Shown: piece by piece, positions 52,783-64,000 of the stretch
Numbering within the stretch: position 1 is the first letter of the stretch
How the letters are laid out: every line of letters begins with the position of its first letter
Origin: Octopus vulgaris
Lineage: Eukaryota
Direction: 5' to 3'
Assembly: GCA_951406725.2 (NCBI GenBank)
Contig: OX597819.1
Coordinates: 72,044,001-72,108,000, forward strand
Length of the DNA: 64,000 nt
Notes under the pieces: generated by a model
Told to the model about the DNA's origin: nothing
The model's database searches: none
The model's input: the letters and a program-made list of their open reading frames with translations, nothing else
Program-made: the position numbers and the translations under genes

Positions 52783-52996
52783 CCTTTTTACTATAAGCAC
52801 AAGGCCAGACAATTTGGTGGTGGGGACTGGTCGATTAAATCGACCCCAGGACTCAACTGGTACTTAGTTTATCGACCCCGAAAGGATGAAAGGCAAAGTC
52901 GAGCTCGGCAAAATTTGAACTCAGACGTAGCGACCGGCGAAATACCGCTAAGCATTTTGCCAGGCATGCTAACGATTCTGTCAGCTTGCCGCCTTA
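52783..52996 (-). mobile_element. SINE family B
   Basis: tcgaccccgaaaggatgaaaggcaaagtcgagctcggc..cagcttgccgcctt. Confidence 0.92.
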
Positions 52997-53005
52997 ATGA
53001 TAATG

Positions 53006-53038
<33 letters not shown>

Positions 53039-53048
53039 ACAATACAAC

Positions 53049-53097
<49 letters not shown>

Positions 53098-53610
53098 GCA
53101 GCATGTAAACAATAACGTTATGAAATGTTTTGCGAAAAAAGGAGCCTGGCCATGAGTAATAAACTAACGTCTGCAGAATGATTTGTAATATCAAACAGAA
53201 GTATTCTCCTAAGGCAGTTGAACGGAAAATTACCGGACAGAGAATTAATAATTGGGTATTTATATCGGAAATTCCCAATTAACAAGGAAGCTGTAGTCAA
53301 ACATATACTAAAGAGCAGTGAAGCATAACTGCGGCATGTAAAACTAGCCGATGTTACTAGTTAAGACCAGGTAATAAAATACAGACAAAAATAAACTATG
53401 ATGAACAAATGTCATGTAACAATCATCGTATTATAGTCTATTGGTACCGCAACACAGTCAGGTATTCCAAAAATATAACATTTGAAGACTTTAAATTAGC
53501 CATTTATATATTTGATTGAATATAAGACGCACCTTTTTTCCCGAAGACATGTCTCATAAAAAATTACCCCGCGTCCTATAAGCGAAGTTGAGCCAACACT
53601 ATATACTAGA

Positions 53611-53841
53611 GAAGGCGCGTTGTTTAGTGGGTAGTGTGTTCGGCTCACGATCGTAAGGTTGTGAGTTCGATTCACGGTGGTGCATTGTATCCTTGAGCAA
53701 GGTACTTTACTTCGCGTTGCCACTCAGCTAGCAAAAGTGAGTTGTACCTGTAACTCAAAGGGCCAGCCTTGCCACAGTCTGTGTCACGCTGACTCTTCCT
53801 GAGAACTATTTTGAGTGGTAGCGTGTCTGTGGAATACTCAG
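53611..53841 (+). mobile_element. SINE family D, 3'-truncated
   Basis: gaaggcgcgttgtttagtgggtagtg..gtgagttcgattc..tgtatccttgagcaagg..agggccagccttg..cctgagaacta. Confidence 0.85.
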
Positions 53842-53849
53842 TAGGGGTG

Positions 53850-54160
53850 GGGTGGAGTGAAAATTAAAATTGTAGAAATTGAAAATGCCTGAGGCCTAAA
53901 ATCTTGCTATATATTATTACTAAAAAATGCTAAATTTTCGCTGAGTTCAATCAAAGGCATTTACTTCCTCAAGCCACCTAAACTCCAAAAATGGGGGATT
54001 TTTGTAAACTTTTTACAATAGCGGAGTTTGGGAGTTTGAGGGAGTAAATGCTTTACACTGAAGTAAGTGAAAATTTAGCATTTTTTAGTAATAATATATA
54101 GCAAGATTTTAGGCCTCAGGCATTTTCAATTTCTACAATTTTGTTATTTTCACTCCACCC
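53850..54160. mobile_element. MITE/fold-back DNA element with about 140-bp terminal inverted repeats
   Basis: gggtggagtgaaaat..gcctgaggcctaaaatcttgctatatattattactaaaaaatgctaaattttc is mirrored by ..attttcactccaccc; no ORF. Confidence 0.92.
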
Positions 54161-54227
54161 TAGGTTACACAATCCATATACCCACACACACAGACATGTA
54201 TATTATTATTAATAGAAAAATGCTAAA

Positions 54228-54485
54228 TTAACGTAGCTCTCGGGGAGATTCAGTGTGATACAGAGTGTGACAAGGCTGGCCCTTTGAAATACAGGTGGAA
54301 TAGAAACAGGAAGAAAGAGTGAAAGTTATGAGGGAAAGAGTACAGCAGAGTTCGCCACCAGCCCCTGCCGAAGCCTCATTGAACTTTAGGTATTTTCGCT
54401 CAATAAATACTTGCAACCTCGGTCAGGGAATCGATCCTACGACCGCGAGTCTGCTGCCATAAGCACTGGGCCATTGTGCCTCCAC
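54228..54485 (-). mobile_element. SINE family C, 3'-truncated
   Basis: Reverse complement gtggaggcacaatggcccagtgcttatggcagcagactcgcggtcgtagg.. matches 18972-19235. Confidence 0.9.
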
Positions 54486-54494
54486 GTATGTACC

Positions 54495-55632
54495 ATACTT
54501 AATATACATACACCAACCACAAGCAAGATATTGTAGTTTTCGTCGGAGATGAACTCTCTTTTAGACATGCTATGCTAAAAAAATGACATACACCGTAAGG
54601 AGACGAAAAATCGTCGCAACAACAACTAGCGAGAATTCCAGATGCTTTTCGGCCTTTTGGGGCCTTTTCGATGAAAGATATTCACGGCTAGTCGCATGCC
54701 TCAACGAAAATTCGTCGCTACCGATACAGGGAACAGTTAATAAAGCATTCACTGATCAAGCGGATAGGCTTTCGACTAAATATAAATTCTGTATACGCAA
54801 TTAAAGCAGCATTAAATTCAAATAGCTATATATGTATCATACTTAACGTAGATACACCGTTGACAGACAAGGCGTTGTGGTCTTTTGTCCTTGACAAAAT
54901 CTCTTCATAGGCCGTGCTGTGTTACTAACATAATATCTATTGCAAGGAGACGAAAAAATTGCTCCAGCAACGCCAGATGGATTTCGGCCATTTTGTAATT
55001 ACCAGTGGCGAGTACACGCAGTCGGTCACGTGTCTGGGCGAAATCTGTCACCTTCAATAAATGAAGCAGTAAATAAAATAAAACATTTACTGATATTGCG
55101 AGTGAGCGCCGGGCCGAATAAATAATCACCTGTATACAATTATAAGCTTAGGTGTGGCTGTGCGGTAAGAAGTTTGTTTCCCAATCTCATGGTTCCGGGT
55201 TCAGTACCACTACCTGTCAACTTGGGCGAGTGTCTTCTACAATAGCCTAGGATTGACCAAAGTCTAGTGAGTGGATTTGGTAGACAAAAACTGAAAGAAG
55301 CCCACCGTATGTGTGAGTTTGTGTTTGCCCACACACACACACACACAACGCTTGACAACCGGTGTTAGTGTGTTTATGTCCCCGTAACTTAGCAGTTCGG
55401 CATAAGCAACCAAATGAAAAAGTGTCAAGCTTTAAAAAAAGTACTGAGTTCGATTCATTCAACTGAAAGTTTTTCAAGGCAGTGCCCCAGTTTGGCCAGA
55501 GTCTAATGACTGAAGTAAAAGATAAAAGATAACTGAAGCAGCATTAAATTAAAATAACCATCTATGATTGTAATGTATATACACCGTTGATAGGCAAGAT
55601 GCTACAGTTTTCGCCCGAGATAAAATCACTTG
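54495..55632. repeat. Old tandem duplication (about 345-bp unit, about 2.3 copies) interrupted by a SINE
   Basis: aaggagacgaaaaa..ccagatg..ttcggcc at about 54597 and 54944; aagcagcattaaatt..tacaccgttga at about 54804 and 55536. Confidence 0.7.
55148..55530 (+). mobile_element. SINE family A, full length
   Basis: aggtgtggctgtgcggtaagaag..ggttccgggttcagt..gtaacttagcagttcggc..taatgactgaagtaaaagataaaaga. Confidence 0.92.
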
Positions 55633-55737
55633 TAGTTTAATATCCTTTATTTTGTGAAAAAGGTCAGTCAGCCAGGACTTAGCAGTAAATTGTTCCTCTC
55701 ATGATTCCAACTAATAATAATGGTTAATATTCTTCCA

Positions 55738-56200
55738 TAAGGCGGTGAGCTGACAGAATCGTTAGCACACCGGCCGAAATGTTTAACGCATTTCGTCCGT
55801 TTTCACGTTCTGAGTTCAAACTTCGCCGAGGTCGACTTTGCCTTTCGTCCTGTCGGGGTCGATAAATTAAGTACCAGTTGAGTACTGGAGTTGATGTAAT
55901 CAATTTACTCCCTTCCTTGAAATTACTGGCCTTGTGCCAAAATTTGTAACCATTATTATTAGTTTTAGTATTATCATTTTTTTAAATTTATTTATTAATT
56001 ACAATGTGATGAGCTGGCAGAATCGTTACCGCTCCGGGCGAAATACGTAGCGGTATTACGTTCTGAGTTCAAATTTCGCCGAGGTCAACTTCGCTTTTTA
56101 TCCTTACGAGGTCTATGAAATAAGTACCAGTTGAACACTGAGGTGGATGTAATCGACTTATCCCCTCTCCCAAAATTACTGGCCCATGCCAAAATTTGAA
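55738..56200 (+). mobile_element. Two tandem SINE family B copies (55738-55950, 56006-56200)
   Basis: aaggcggtgagctgacagaatcgttagc..gttctgagttcaaa..gaggtcgactttgcctttc..aagtaccagttg occurs twice. Confidence 0.92.
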
Positions 56201-56834
56201 ACGAACATAAGAAAATAGAAGGTTCAGGCACGAACTCCCATCTCGAATTTAGTGTACTATTGCCGAGAACATATTTAGAACTCTAGCTACAATTTTAGCA
56301 ACTAAAAGTTGTTGAGTAGACAAAGATGGCTTTTGTTGTTGCATCACACAACAAAAACAAACAACCAAATAAAACAGACAAAAATCAGAAAAAAAGAGGC
56401 AAGCAAACACGATATATTCATTAATGTTATAGATCAATAACGTCAGCAAAATAAATAATGAAAGGTCGAAGAATGATAAAAAAATAAATAAATAATAAGT
56501 GATTAAATATAAAATAATAATGGTTTAAGTAAATTTTAAAATAAAAATTGGAGATGAAAAAATAAACGGATACCAACTCAAGAAGCATTTTAAATTTGAA
56601 ATTACCAAAAAAGAAAAAAAAATTCGAAAATGACATCAGAAAAAAAAAAGAAAATTAAAAAAATACATAGAATATTTCGAAAACAGGAAGTGTGTTTTGA
56701 TGAATTGGTGTGAAAATACGATTTATATTGCGAGAGCCATACATTATATTAACAACTTTTGTTGATGAAATTCAAATAGATTTTGTATTTCAGAGAGACA
56801 GAGACAAAGAAACCATCTTGCTAGCTTTACAGCT

Positions 56835-56841
56835 CTCTCTT

Positions 56842-56917
<76 letters not shown>

Positions 56918-57137
56918 AAATGCTTGTCTGCATGTCTGTCAGTTTTTTTTCGTTTGTTTATCTTTTTTATTTATTTGTTTTGTCTTGTTTTTGTCTGTCG
57001 CCCTTTGTTTGGATATGTATGTTTAAGTCTGTGTTTGGATATGTACGCGTCTGCTGGTGTATGTATGTACACATATGCATGTATACATAGATATATGTTA
57101 GTGCATGTGTATGTGTGTGTGAGTGTACGTATGCATG

Positions 57138-57188
<51 letters not shown>

Positions 57189-57326
57189 TACATAATACAT
57201 ATATATACATATATATACATATATATATACATGTATATATATATATACATATATATACATATATATATATATACATATATATACATAAATATATATAATA
57301 TATATAATATATGCATACATATATAA

Positions 57327-57386
<60 letters not shown>

Positions 57387-57420
57387 TATACATATAAACT
57401 ATACTCATACACACACACAT

Positions 57421-57494
<74 letters not shown>

Positions 57495-57512
57495 TGGCAT
57501 ACACATATATAA

Positions 57513-57580
<68 letters not shown>

Positions 57581-57605
57581 ACGTATACTCAACACACACA
57601 CAGCA

Positions 57606-57668
<63 letters not shown>

Positions 57669-57680
57669 TGTGTGTGTATG
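56835..57680. repeat. (CT)n and long (TA)n low-complexity block
   Basis: Directly visible. Confidence 0.95.
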
Positions 57681-57938
57681 GTGAGGGCGGTTTCATGTCT
57701 GTATTGAGAATTCAAAGTGATTGACTGTCATCAGACTTCAGTACTCTTCACTAGTGCAATGTCTGTGTTCAGAAAATGGTTCGCCTCCTCGTCGCCCCCC
57801 CCCCCACCCAATCCCACTCCTCATTCAATAGAACATCATATTCTTTACAACATCCTTGACGCCTTTGAAGCCAGTTCCTGAATCTATCATATATCCAATA
57901 TTTTCTTCTTGGAGTTATATAAATCGACTGATACTCAA

Positions 57939-57971
<33 letters not shown>

Positions 57972-58509
57972 CACACACACATACTGATATTCTCAAACAT
58001 GGACACAAACACTCACAAACTTCGTTTGTCAAGCTGGATTCAAAAGGGCCGCTTATGATCGAAATAACGATCTCTGAATCATTACATTTCTTTTTCCCCT
58101 TCTTCCGAGCAACCTCGCCTTTGCAAGTCAAGTCAATATTATTTATATTGGATATCAAATGAAAAGATAAAAATAATAATAAACTCTAAAGTAAAAATAC
58201 ATTAATTAATCGTCTGCTGGTGTATGAATGATGATAGAGACACGAAATAACTGGAGTTAGCTTGTTTATAAATAGGGTATTATTTATTTGCTTCTCCGGT
58301 TAGAGAGAATATCGGGCAAAAAAAAGACTCATTTTTTTGTTTCTTATACTTTGTCCTTTTTTTCACCTTTTTTTCAGGAGTGTAGAGGGAGGACCTATAT
58401 TCTATTTTAGCCTCGTTTTCACTGTAATAAACTTGTGAGCTATTTTCTTCCTCGGTTTGTTATTTATGTGTTTGGTTGTTATCGTTTACTTATTTTATTA
58501 TTATTTTTT

Positions 58510-58684
58510 TATTTTACTCGTTTCACTCGTTGGATTGCGGCCATGCTGGGACACTACTGTAATCATGAGATTTCGATTTCAATCCCTTCCCTCTGCACCG
58601 GATTGTTTCTACTACCATAACTCGTGTTGACCAATGATTTGTGAGAGAATTTGGAAGAAAGAAATTGTGTGGAACCTTGTCGTG

Positions 58685-58690
<6 letters not shown>
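58510..58690 (-). mobile_element. SINE family A-derived rearranged fragment
   Basis: ttttactcgtttca..gcggccatgctggg, followed by a plus-orientation body remnant ttctactaccata..gaccaatgatttgtgag. Confidence 0.45.
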
Positions 58691-58749
<59 letters not shown>

Positions 58750-58894
58750 GTATGTACGTATGTATGTATGTGTGTGTCTGTGTGTGTATGTATGTATGCA
58801 TGTATTTTTAATTGAAGTTTCAGCTAAGAGCTGCGGTCATGCCGGGGCACCACCGTTTTACTACACTGTTATTATTGAGAGCCTCCTCTAATAT

Positions 58895-59260
58895 GTGGCA
58901 TTTGGTGAATAAAGGAGTTTGCCGCGAGGCAAGTTAATCTGGGACTCTCAAATGGAAGAGGTCCTGTTTTGATTTGAAAACACCTACATCCACTTTATGT
59001 AGGTCAGTCGGGCTCTTTGGGAGAATATTACAAAGCTGTGGGCCCCTGGATCCAGACTGCTGCTGAAGCGCGATGCCATTGCTGGGATCTTTGGCGCTGT
59101 GAAGTGTCAACCCATTCTGGCATTGGTGTAGCTTTCAATGCCAAAATTAGGCACAATTCCTTCCAGGATCTTCCAGATGTATATTACGCCTTTGCTCCTG
59201 AGAGTAGAGTCTTAGCTGTTTGAGATTTTCCCAGTAGCTGAGCTGTTGGAACGAGACGGC
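58895..59260 (-). mobile_element. CR1/L2-like LINE ORF2 C-terminal fragment
   Basis: QQLSYWENLKQLRLYSQEQRR..YIWKILEGIVPNFGIE..IQGPQLCNILPKS..VFKSKQDLF..VPD, matching the LSY..RL..L.L.SLE.RR / GP.LFN.LP pattern. Confidence 0.8.
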
Positions 59261-59586
59261 CACGCTGAAGCACTGGCTTGGATAATTTTTATAAGCTCGG
59301 TATTTATTCTATCGGTCGCTGTTGTCGAAGCGCTTAGTTACGAGGACGTAAAGACACCAATACTGCTGAGCACTTCGGCCTAAATCTAAGACTCATAAAA
59401 CTGGAGTTTAACCCAGTCTTCGTGGCGAGTAAGGGATTCAGATCATAACATACCCCCTAGTCCATCAGAGAGTTAACCTCCTAGCTATGACTGGAACTCA
59501 TCAAGGGCTTGCTGGATTGGTGAAATGATGTGTTTTACTCAAGAACATTATGCACTTCCGTGTCTAGGAAATGAAATTACGTCCAC

Positions 59587-60008
59587 AGGCGCTGGTGTGG
59601 CTGTGTGGTAAGAAGCTTGCTTCCCAGCCACATGGTTCCGGGTTCAGTCCCACTATGTGACACCATGGACAAGTGTCTTCTATAATATAGCCTCGAGTTG
59701 ACGAAAACCTTGTGAGTGGATTTAGTAGACGGAAACTGAAAGAAGCCCGTTGTATATATATGTGTGCGTGTGTATGTATGTGTGTGCGCGTCTGTGTGCG
59801 CGTGCGTCTGTCTGTGTATGTGTGTGCTTGTGTTTGCCACACCACCACCGCTTGACTAATGGTGTTGGTGTGTTTACCTATCCGTAACTTAATGGTTCAT
59901 TAACGAGACCGATAGAATAAATATCAGGCTTTGAAAAATATATAAGTTCTCGAACGAGGTGCTCCAGCATGGCCACAGTCTAATGACTGTAAATGAGTAA
60001 AAGAAAGA
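59587..60008 (+). mobile_element. SINE family A, full length
   Basis: aggcgctggtgtggctgtgtggtaagaagcttgc..ggtgctccagcatggccacagtctaatgactg. Confidence 0.93.
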
Positions 60009-60254
60009 GGATGGTGCACGTGAGTGCAATTACCCTAACCATTAGACAACTTCACTGCACAGACGGGACACAACCATTTGCAGTCGTCGTTGTTTGTCGC
60101 TTCGACGCCATGATTGCGCTCGACAAAAGTTTCGCATTTCCCATATTTGTTGGTGTTTTATTTTCTTTTGTGTGATTTTGGTCCTTCTATCTGGCACCAA
60201 TTTAAAATAGGAACACTGCCAGATTCATGAGGATGGCAATAACGACAATGATGA

Positions 60255-60535
60255 CGAGTAGGAGGACGACGACGAAGAGGAAGAGGAGGACAAAGAGGAG
60301 GACGAAGAGGAGGACGAAGAGGAGGACGAAGAGGAGGTCAACGGCGATGGTGGTGATGGTGGTGGTGGTGGTGGTGGTGGTGGTGGTGGTGATGCTCATG
60401 GTTTGGCGGCGATGGTCATGATGATGACGGTAATGGTTGTTGATGATGATGGCGACGGCGAGGAAGAGTATAATAACAATGATGGTGACGGAGGTGATGG
60501 CGATGGTGGTGATGATGATGATGATGATGATGATA

Positions 60536-60581
<46 letters not shown>

Positions 60582-60610
60582 CGCCGCCACCGACGACGAC
60601 GACGACGATT
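60255..60610. repeat. Trinucleotide low-complexity tract (GAG/GAC, GGT, GAT)
   Basis: Directly visible. Confidence 0.93.
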
Positions 60611-61047
60611 ATGGGTTCGCTTTGCTCATCCTATTACCCTGACCGATTTACTCAGAGTGACTAACAAACTAATTAATTACCGGACTAATTAACCAGAATG
60701 ACCGATTGACAAACTGACGTCTTAAACATCTTACAAACTGATCACCTTGACCAACTGATGACCACCTGATCGACTGATTGACAGACTTACCAAACTAACA
60801 TAGTGCCCAAATCAATTAACTAATTAGCGATATTTTATAGAGAGAATAGCTAAACAACTGACGTCATAACCTGACTAATTAACCAACTGATCTACTAATT
60901 AGCTGATTATTTGACGAACAAACTAGAAAGATAAAGTGTCTAATGAAGAACACCTGAAATTACAACTGAAGTAATTAAGGTGTCTGAGGTGACCATTTTT
61001 GGACCTCCACTGTGATTTGTATTACTTTGCACGTTAATATCAAAATG

Positions 61048-61244
61048 CCGACGAGCTGGCAGAGTCGATAACGCGCAGGACAATATGTCCGGCGGCATTT
61101 CGTGCGACTTTGCGTTCTGAGTTTAAATTCTGCCTTTCATCCTTTCCGGATGCATAAAATAAGTTACCACTCGAATACTGGGGTCGATGTAATCGACTTA
61201 CCCTTCCCCCGAACGTGCTACTCTTGTACCAAAATCTGATACCA

Positions 61245-61245
<1 letters not shown>
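61048..61245 (+). mobile_element. SINE family B
   Basis: cgagctggcagagtcg..gttctgagtttaaattc..gcctttcatcctttcc..tactggggtcgatgtaatcgactta..ccatattattatt. Confidence 0.88.
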
Positions 61246-61281
<36 letters not shown>

Positions 61282-62015
61282 GTTCATATACTCTCAACAG
61301 ATTAGACTGTTGGAAAAGAAAAGAATCCTAACGTCCGGCTACAAGATGCCTTAGATGCCAAGAACCCTCTTAAGTATCCTAGCTGTCCCTAATAACACTG
61401 TTTTCTGCAGCTGTACTAAACTGGGTTTTATGCCTATTTCCTCTAGCCATGTGTTCAGATCTTTAGGGATAGTTCCCAATGCACCTATAAGTACTGGGAT
61501 ACATTTTACCCGCACTTTCTATAGTCTCTGTAATTCAATGGCTAGGTCTTGGTACTTTGCTATTTTTCTATACTTCTCATATTGAAAGACTATTGAAAAG
61601 GTTGCAAGACGCAACGAAAATTTTAGAAAATAAAAAATAAGAAATAAGTGAAAATTTTACCGGTGAGTGTGTTAAATAATAAGGCACTAAAAGAGAATGA
61701 TTTTCCCCAGACACAACAGAATATGCTTCAACACACGAACTCATATAAAGAATCTTGCAAACCAAATCCAAAAACGAAATCTCATATTAATGTTTTCATC
61801 CTTTGGGACTGTAAAGTCAATTATCTGGCGCTTTCTATTCTCTATATCTACTATTACTAAATCAGGCCTTCTAGCTCCTATTATTGTGTCAGTCTGAATG
61901 TTAAAGTTCCACAGCATCTTGTATTTCTTACTTTCTAGTACTTTATTAGGTTTATGTTCATACCATTTATCCGTATGTTCAAATCCTAGCTTTCTTCAAA
62001 GCTCCCAGTGGATTG
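61282..62015 (-). mobile_element. Dong/R4-like LINE 3' end (RLE domain) ending in (TAA)n, split by an insert of about 210 bp
   Basis: IHWEL..KWYEHKPNKVLESKKYKMLWNFNIQTDTIIGARRPDLVIVD..IIDFTVPKDENI / KIAKYQDLAIELQRL..IPVLIGALGTIPKDL..LQKTVLLGTARILKRVLGI*. Confidence 0.92.
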
Positions 62016-62099
62016 CTCTCCTTAGATTGAGAGGTAAGTGTTTGTCTCTAATCCTTTCGCTCGAGTCCAGCACACACATTCTTTCACCAAGGACACCAG

Positions 62100-62460
62100 T
62101 ATAATGCCATCACATCCTGTACGTCCGCGGCAATGATGGGTCTTTCACAACACTCCGCCTCTCTTGCTGAGAGTCGTGGCAGGTCATGTAGGTAGTTACT
62201 AAAGTCCACCCTGCATTCTGACCCACCAGTTGTCCCAAACTGTTGTTGAAAGGTCTTACACATCCTTTCAGGCTCGAGTACTTCGCGTCCCTGTTCATCT
62301 GTCAGGGGCCTAATGGTGGCTCTATTGCCTCGTTGCGCCTTCGCCACTCGGACCTCTCGAGCGGCTCCAATTCCTTCGTTCCTCAGAGCACGCATCCTAG
62401 CTCTGACAAGGCAGCCGTCGTGTTTGGCGTTGAAGTGTTAGTCGAGGGCCAACCTCGCCG
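62100..62460 (-). mobile_element. Tx1/L1-like LINE ORF2 fragment (EN-RT linker)
   Basis: GCLVRARMRALRNEG..IRPLTDEQGREVLEPERMCKTFQQQF..YLHDLPRLSAREAECCERPIIAADVQDVM. Confidence 0.72.
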
Positions 62461-62574
62461 CCGGTACGGTGGACGCGATGCCAGTTCTAAGTACCTCTTA
62501 TAATTTCTTAACTAGGTCTCCCTATATTCTATTTCGATCTAATGCTAGAGTTTTTCTGTACCTAGCCGATTCTA

Positions 62575-63030
<456 letters not shown>

Positions 63031-63110
63031 ATCTAGATAGATAGACATACATACATACATACATACATACATACATACAGACATTCAGACAGACAGACAG
63101 ACAGACAGAA

Positions 63111-63213
<103 letters not shown>

Positions 63214-64000
63214 AACATCCACTGTTTCAAATGCGTTCATCGTTCGTTCTCTTCTGACTTCCTCTTTATTTTATCTGGCATTTCCCTCCCTACCTTTCTG
63301 TCTCTCTCTCTCTCCCCTCTCTCTCTTTCTCTCCCTCTCTCCCTTTATCTACTAGTCACTATGTATGTATGTTTGTATGAATATATATGTTGTTAGTGTC
63401 TAGGATTAAACGTTTCTGATCGAACCTTCCTTCGTGCTGATGTTTCTTCATTCGTTAAAAACCCCGTCACGTTCAGACGACCAATCAATTGAACGATAAC
63501 CGATTGAACTTGTCTTCAGTCATGAAGCATAAAGAAGCATATACGACCTTTTTCTATCTCCTTACCCGTTTATTTCCCTCCGTTTATTACAAAACTTTCG
63601 AACCGTGTGAAATTATTGAGTGAGAAAGTTCCAATGTTGTTTCGGTTGGAAAACTAAGCAAAAATTAAATAAAAAATATGTAAGAGAGAGCGCAGGGAAT
63701 CTTTCATTTTCGGCACTGAAGGAAAACACTCTACAACAAACGAAACTCAATTTCTTAATTGAGTTCTTACAACATGCTTCAATAATTTCAGCAATACACA
63801 GTTAGAACTTATATCTATAATCTCGACATCTATCGGCACTCCATTCAAATCTTCATTATTTTGCTATTTCACTGACGTCACAGGGCAGCAGTGTTTGGCC
63901 GAATCAGTAGAGCGTCGAATGAAAGTACAGTTTACAATACTTGCTTATGTCCCTTGATTCTCCATGTTCAATCCATTTCTACGTCAGACTTACCTCCGTT

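Noticed and set aside
56675-56700. ETS-like ACAGGAAGTG motif as a promoter
   Set aside because: A single short motif with no supporting transcript or gene-start evidence.
60227-60664. Acidic/Gly-rich or Arg-rich low-complexity ORFs
   Set aside because: Degenerate trinucleotide repeats open in several frames; no evidence of coding.
60640-60920. Quasi-periodic ACTA/ACTG-rich stretch
   Set aside because: Consistent with a decayed tetranucleotide microsatellite; no higher-order unit found.

Overview
AT-rich eukaryotic (animal) genomic DNA with no long intact host ORF. It is saturated with microsatellites ((TA)n, (CA)n, (GATA)n, (CATA)n, (TAA)n) and transposon debris; the repeat landscape suggests an octopus genome (inference, unverified). 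Nearly all ORFs in the supplied track are microsatellite artefacts. Recognisable content: at least four tRNA-head SINE families (>30 copies or fragments); two near-full-length decayed mariner elements and four Tc1/mariner fragments; several 3' ends of restriction-like-endonuclease (R4/Dong-like) LINEs embedded in (TAA)n or (CATA)n; two Penelope-like GIY-YIG remnants; CR1/L2-like and Tx1/L1-like fragments; a Helentron-type non-autonomous element; a MITE; and several fold-back palindromes. The most interesting signal is a set of short non-coding, microsatellite-embedded elements carrying minimal hammerhead-ribozyme-like motifs with variant cores (A6U in a two-copy family; a G3-C8-swapped core in a 287-bp palindrome). 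There is also a ~0.5-kb non-coding element with defined ends sitting in (TAA)n. A few small exon candidates on both strands hint at host gene(s) with long introns, but I cannot identify them. All coordinates were read by eye and may be off by a few bases.
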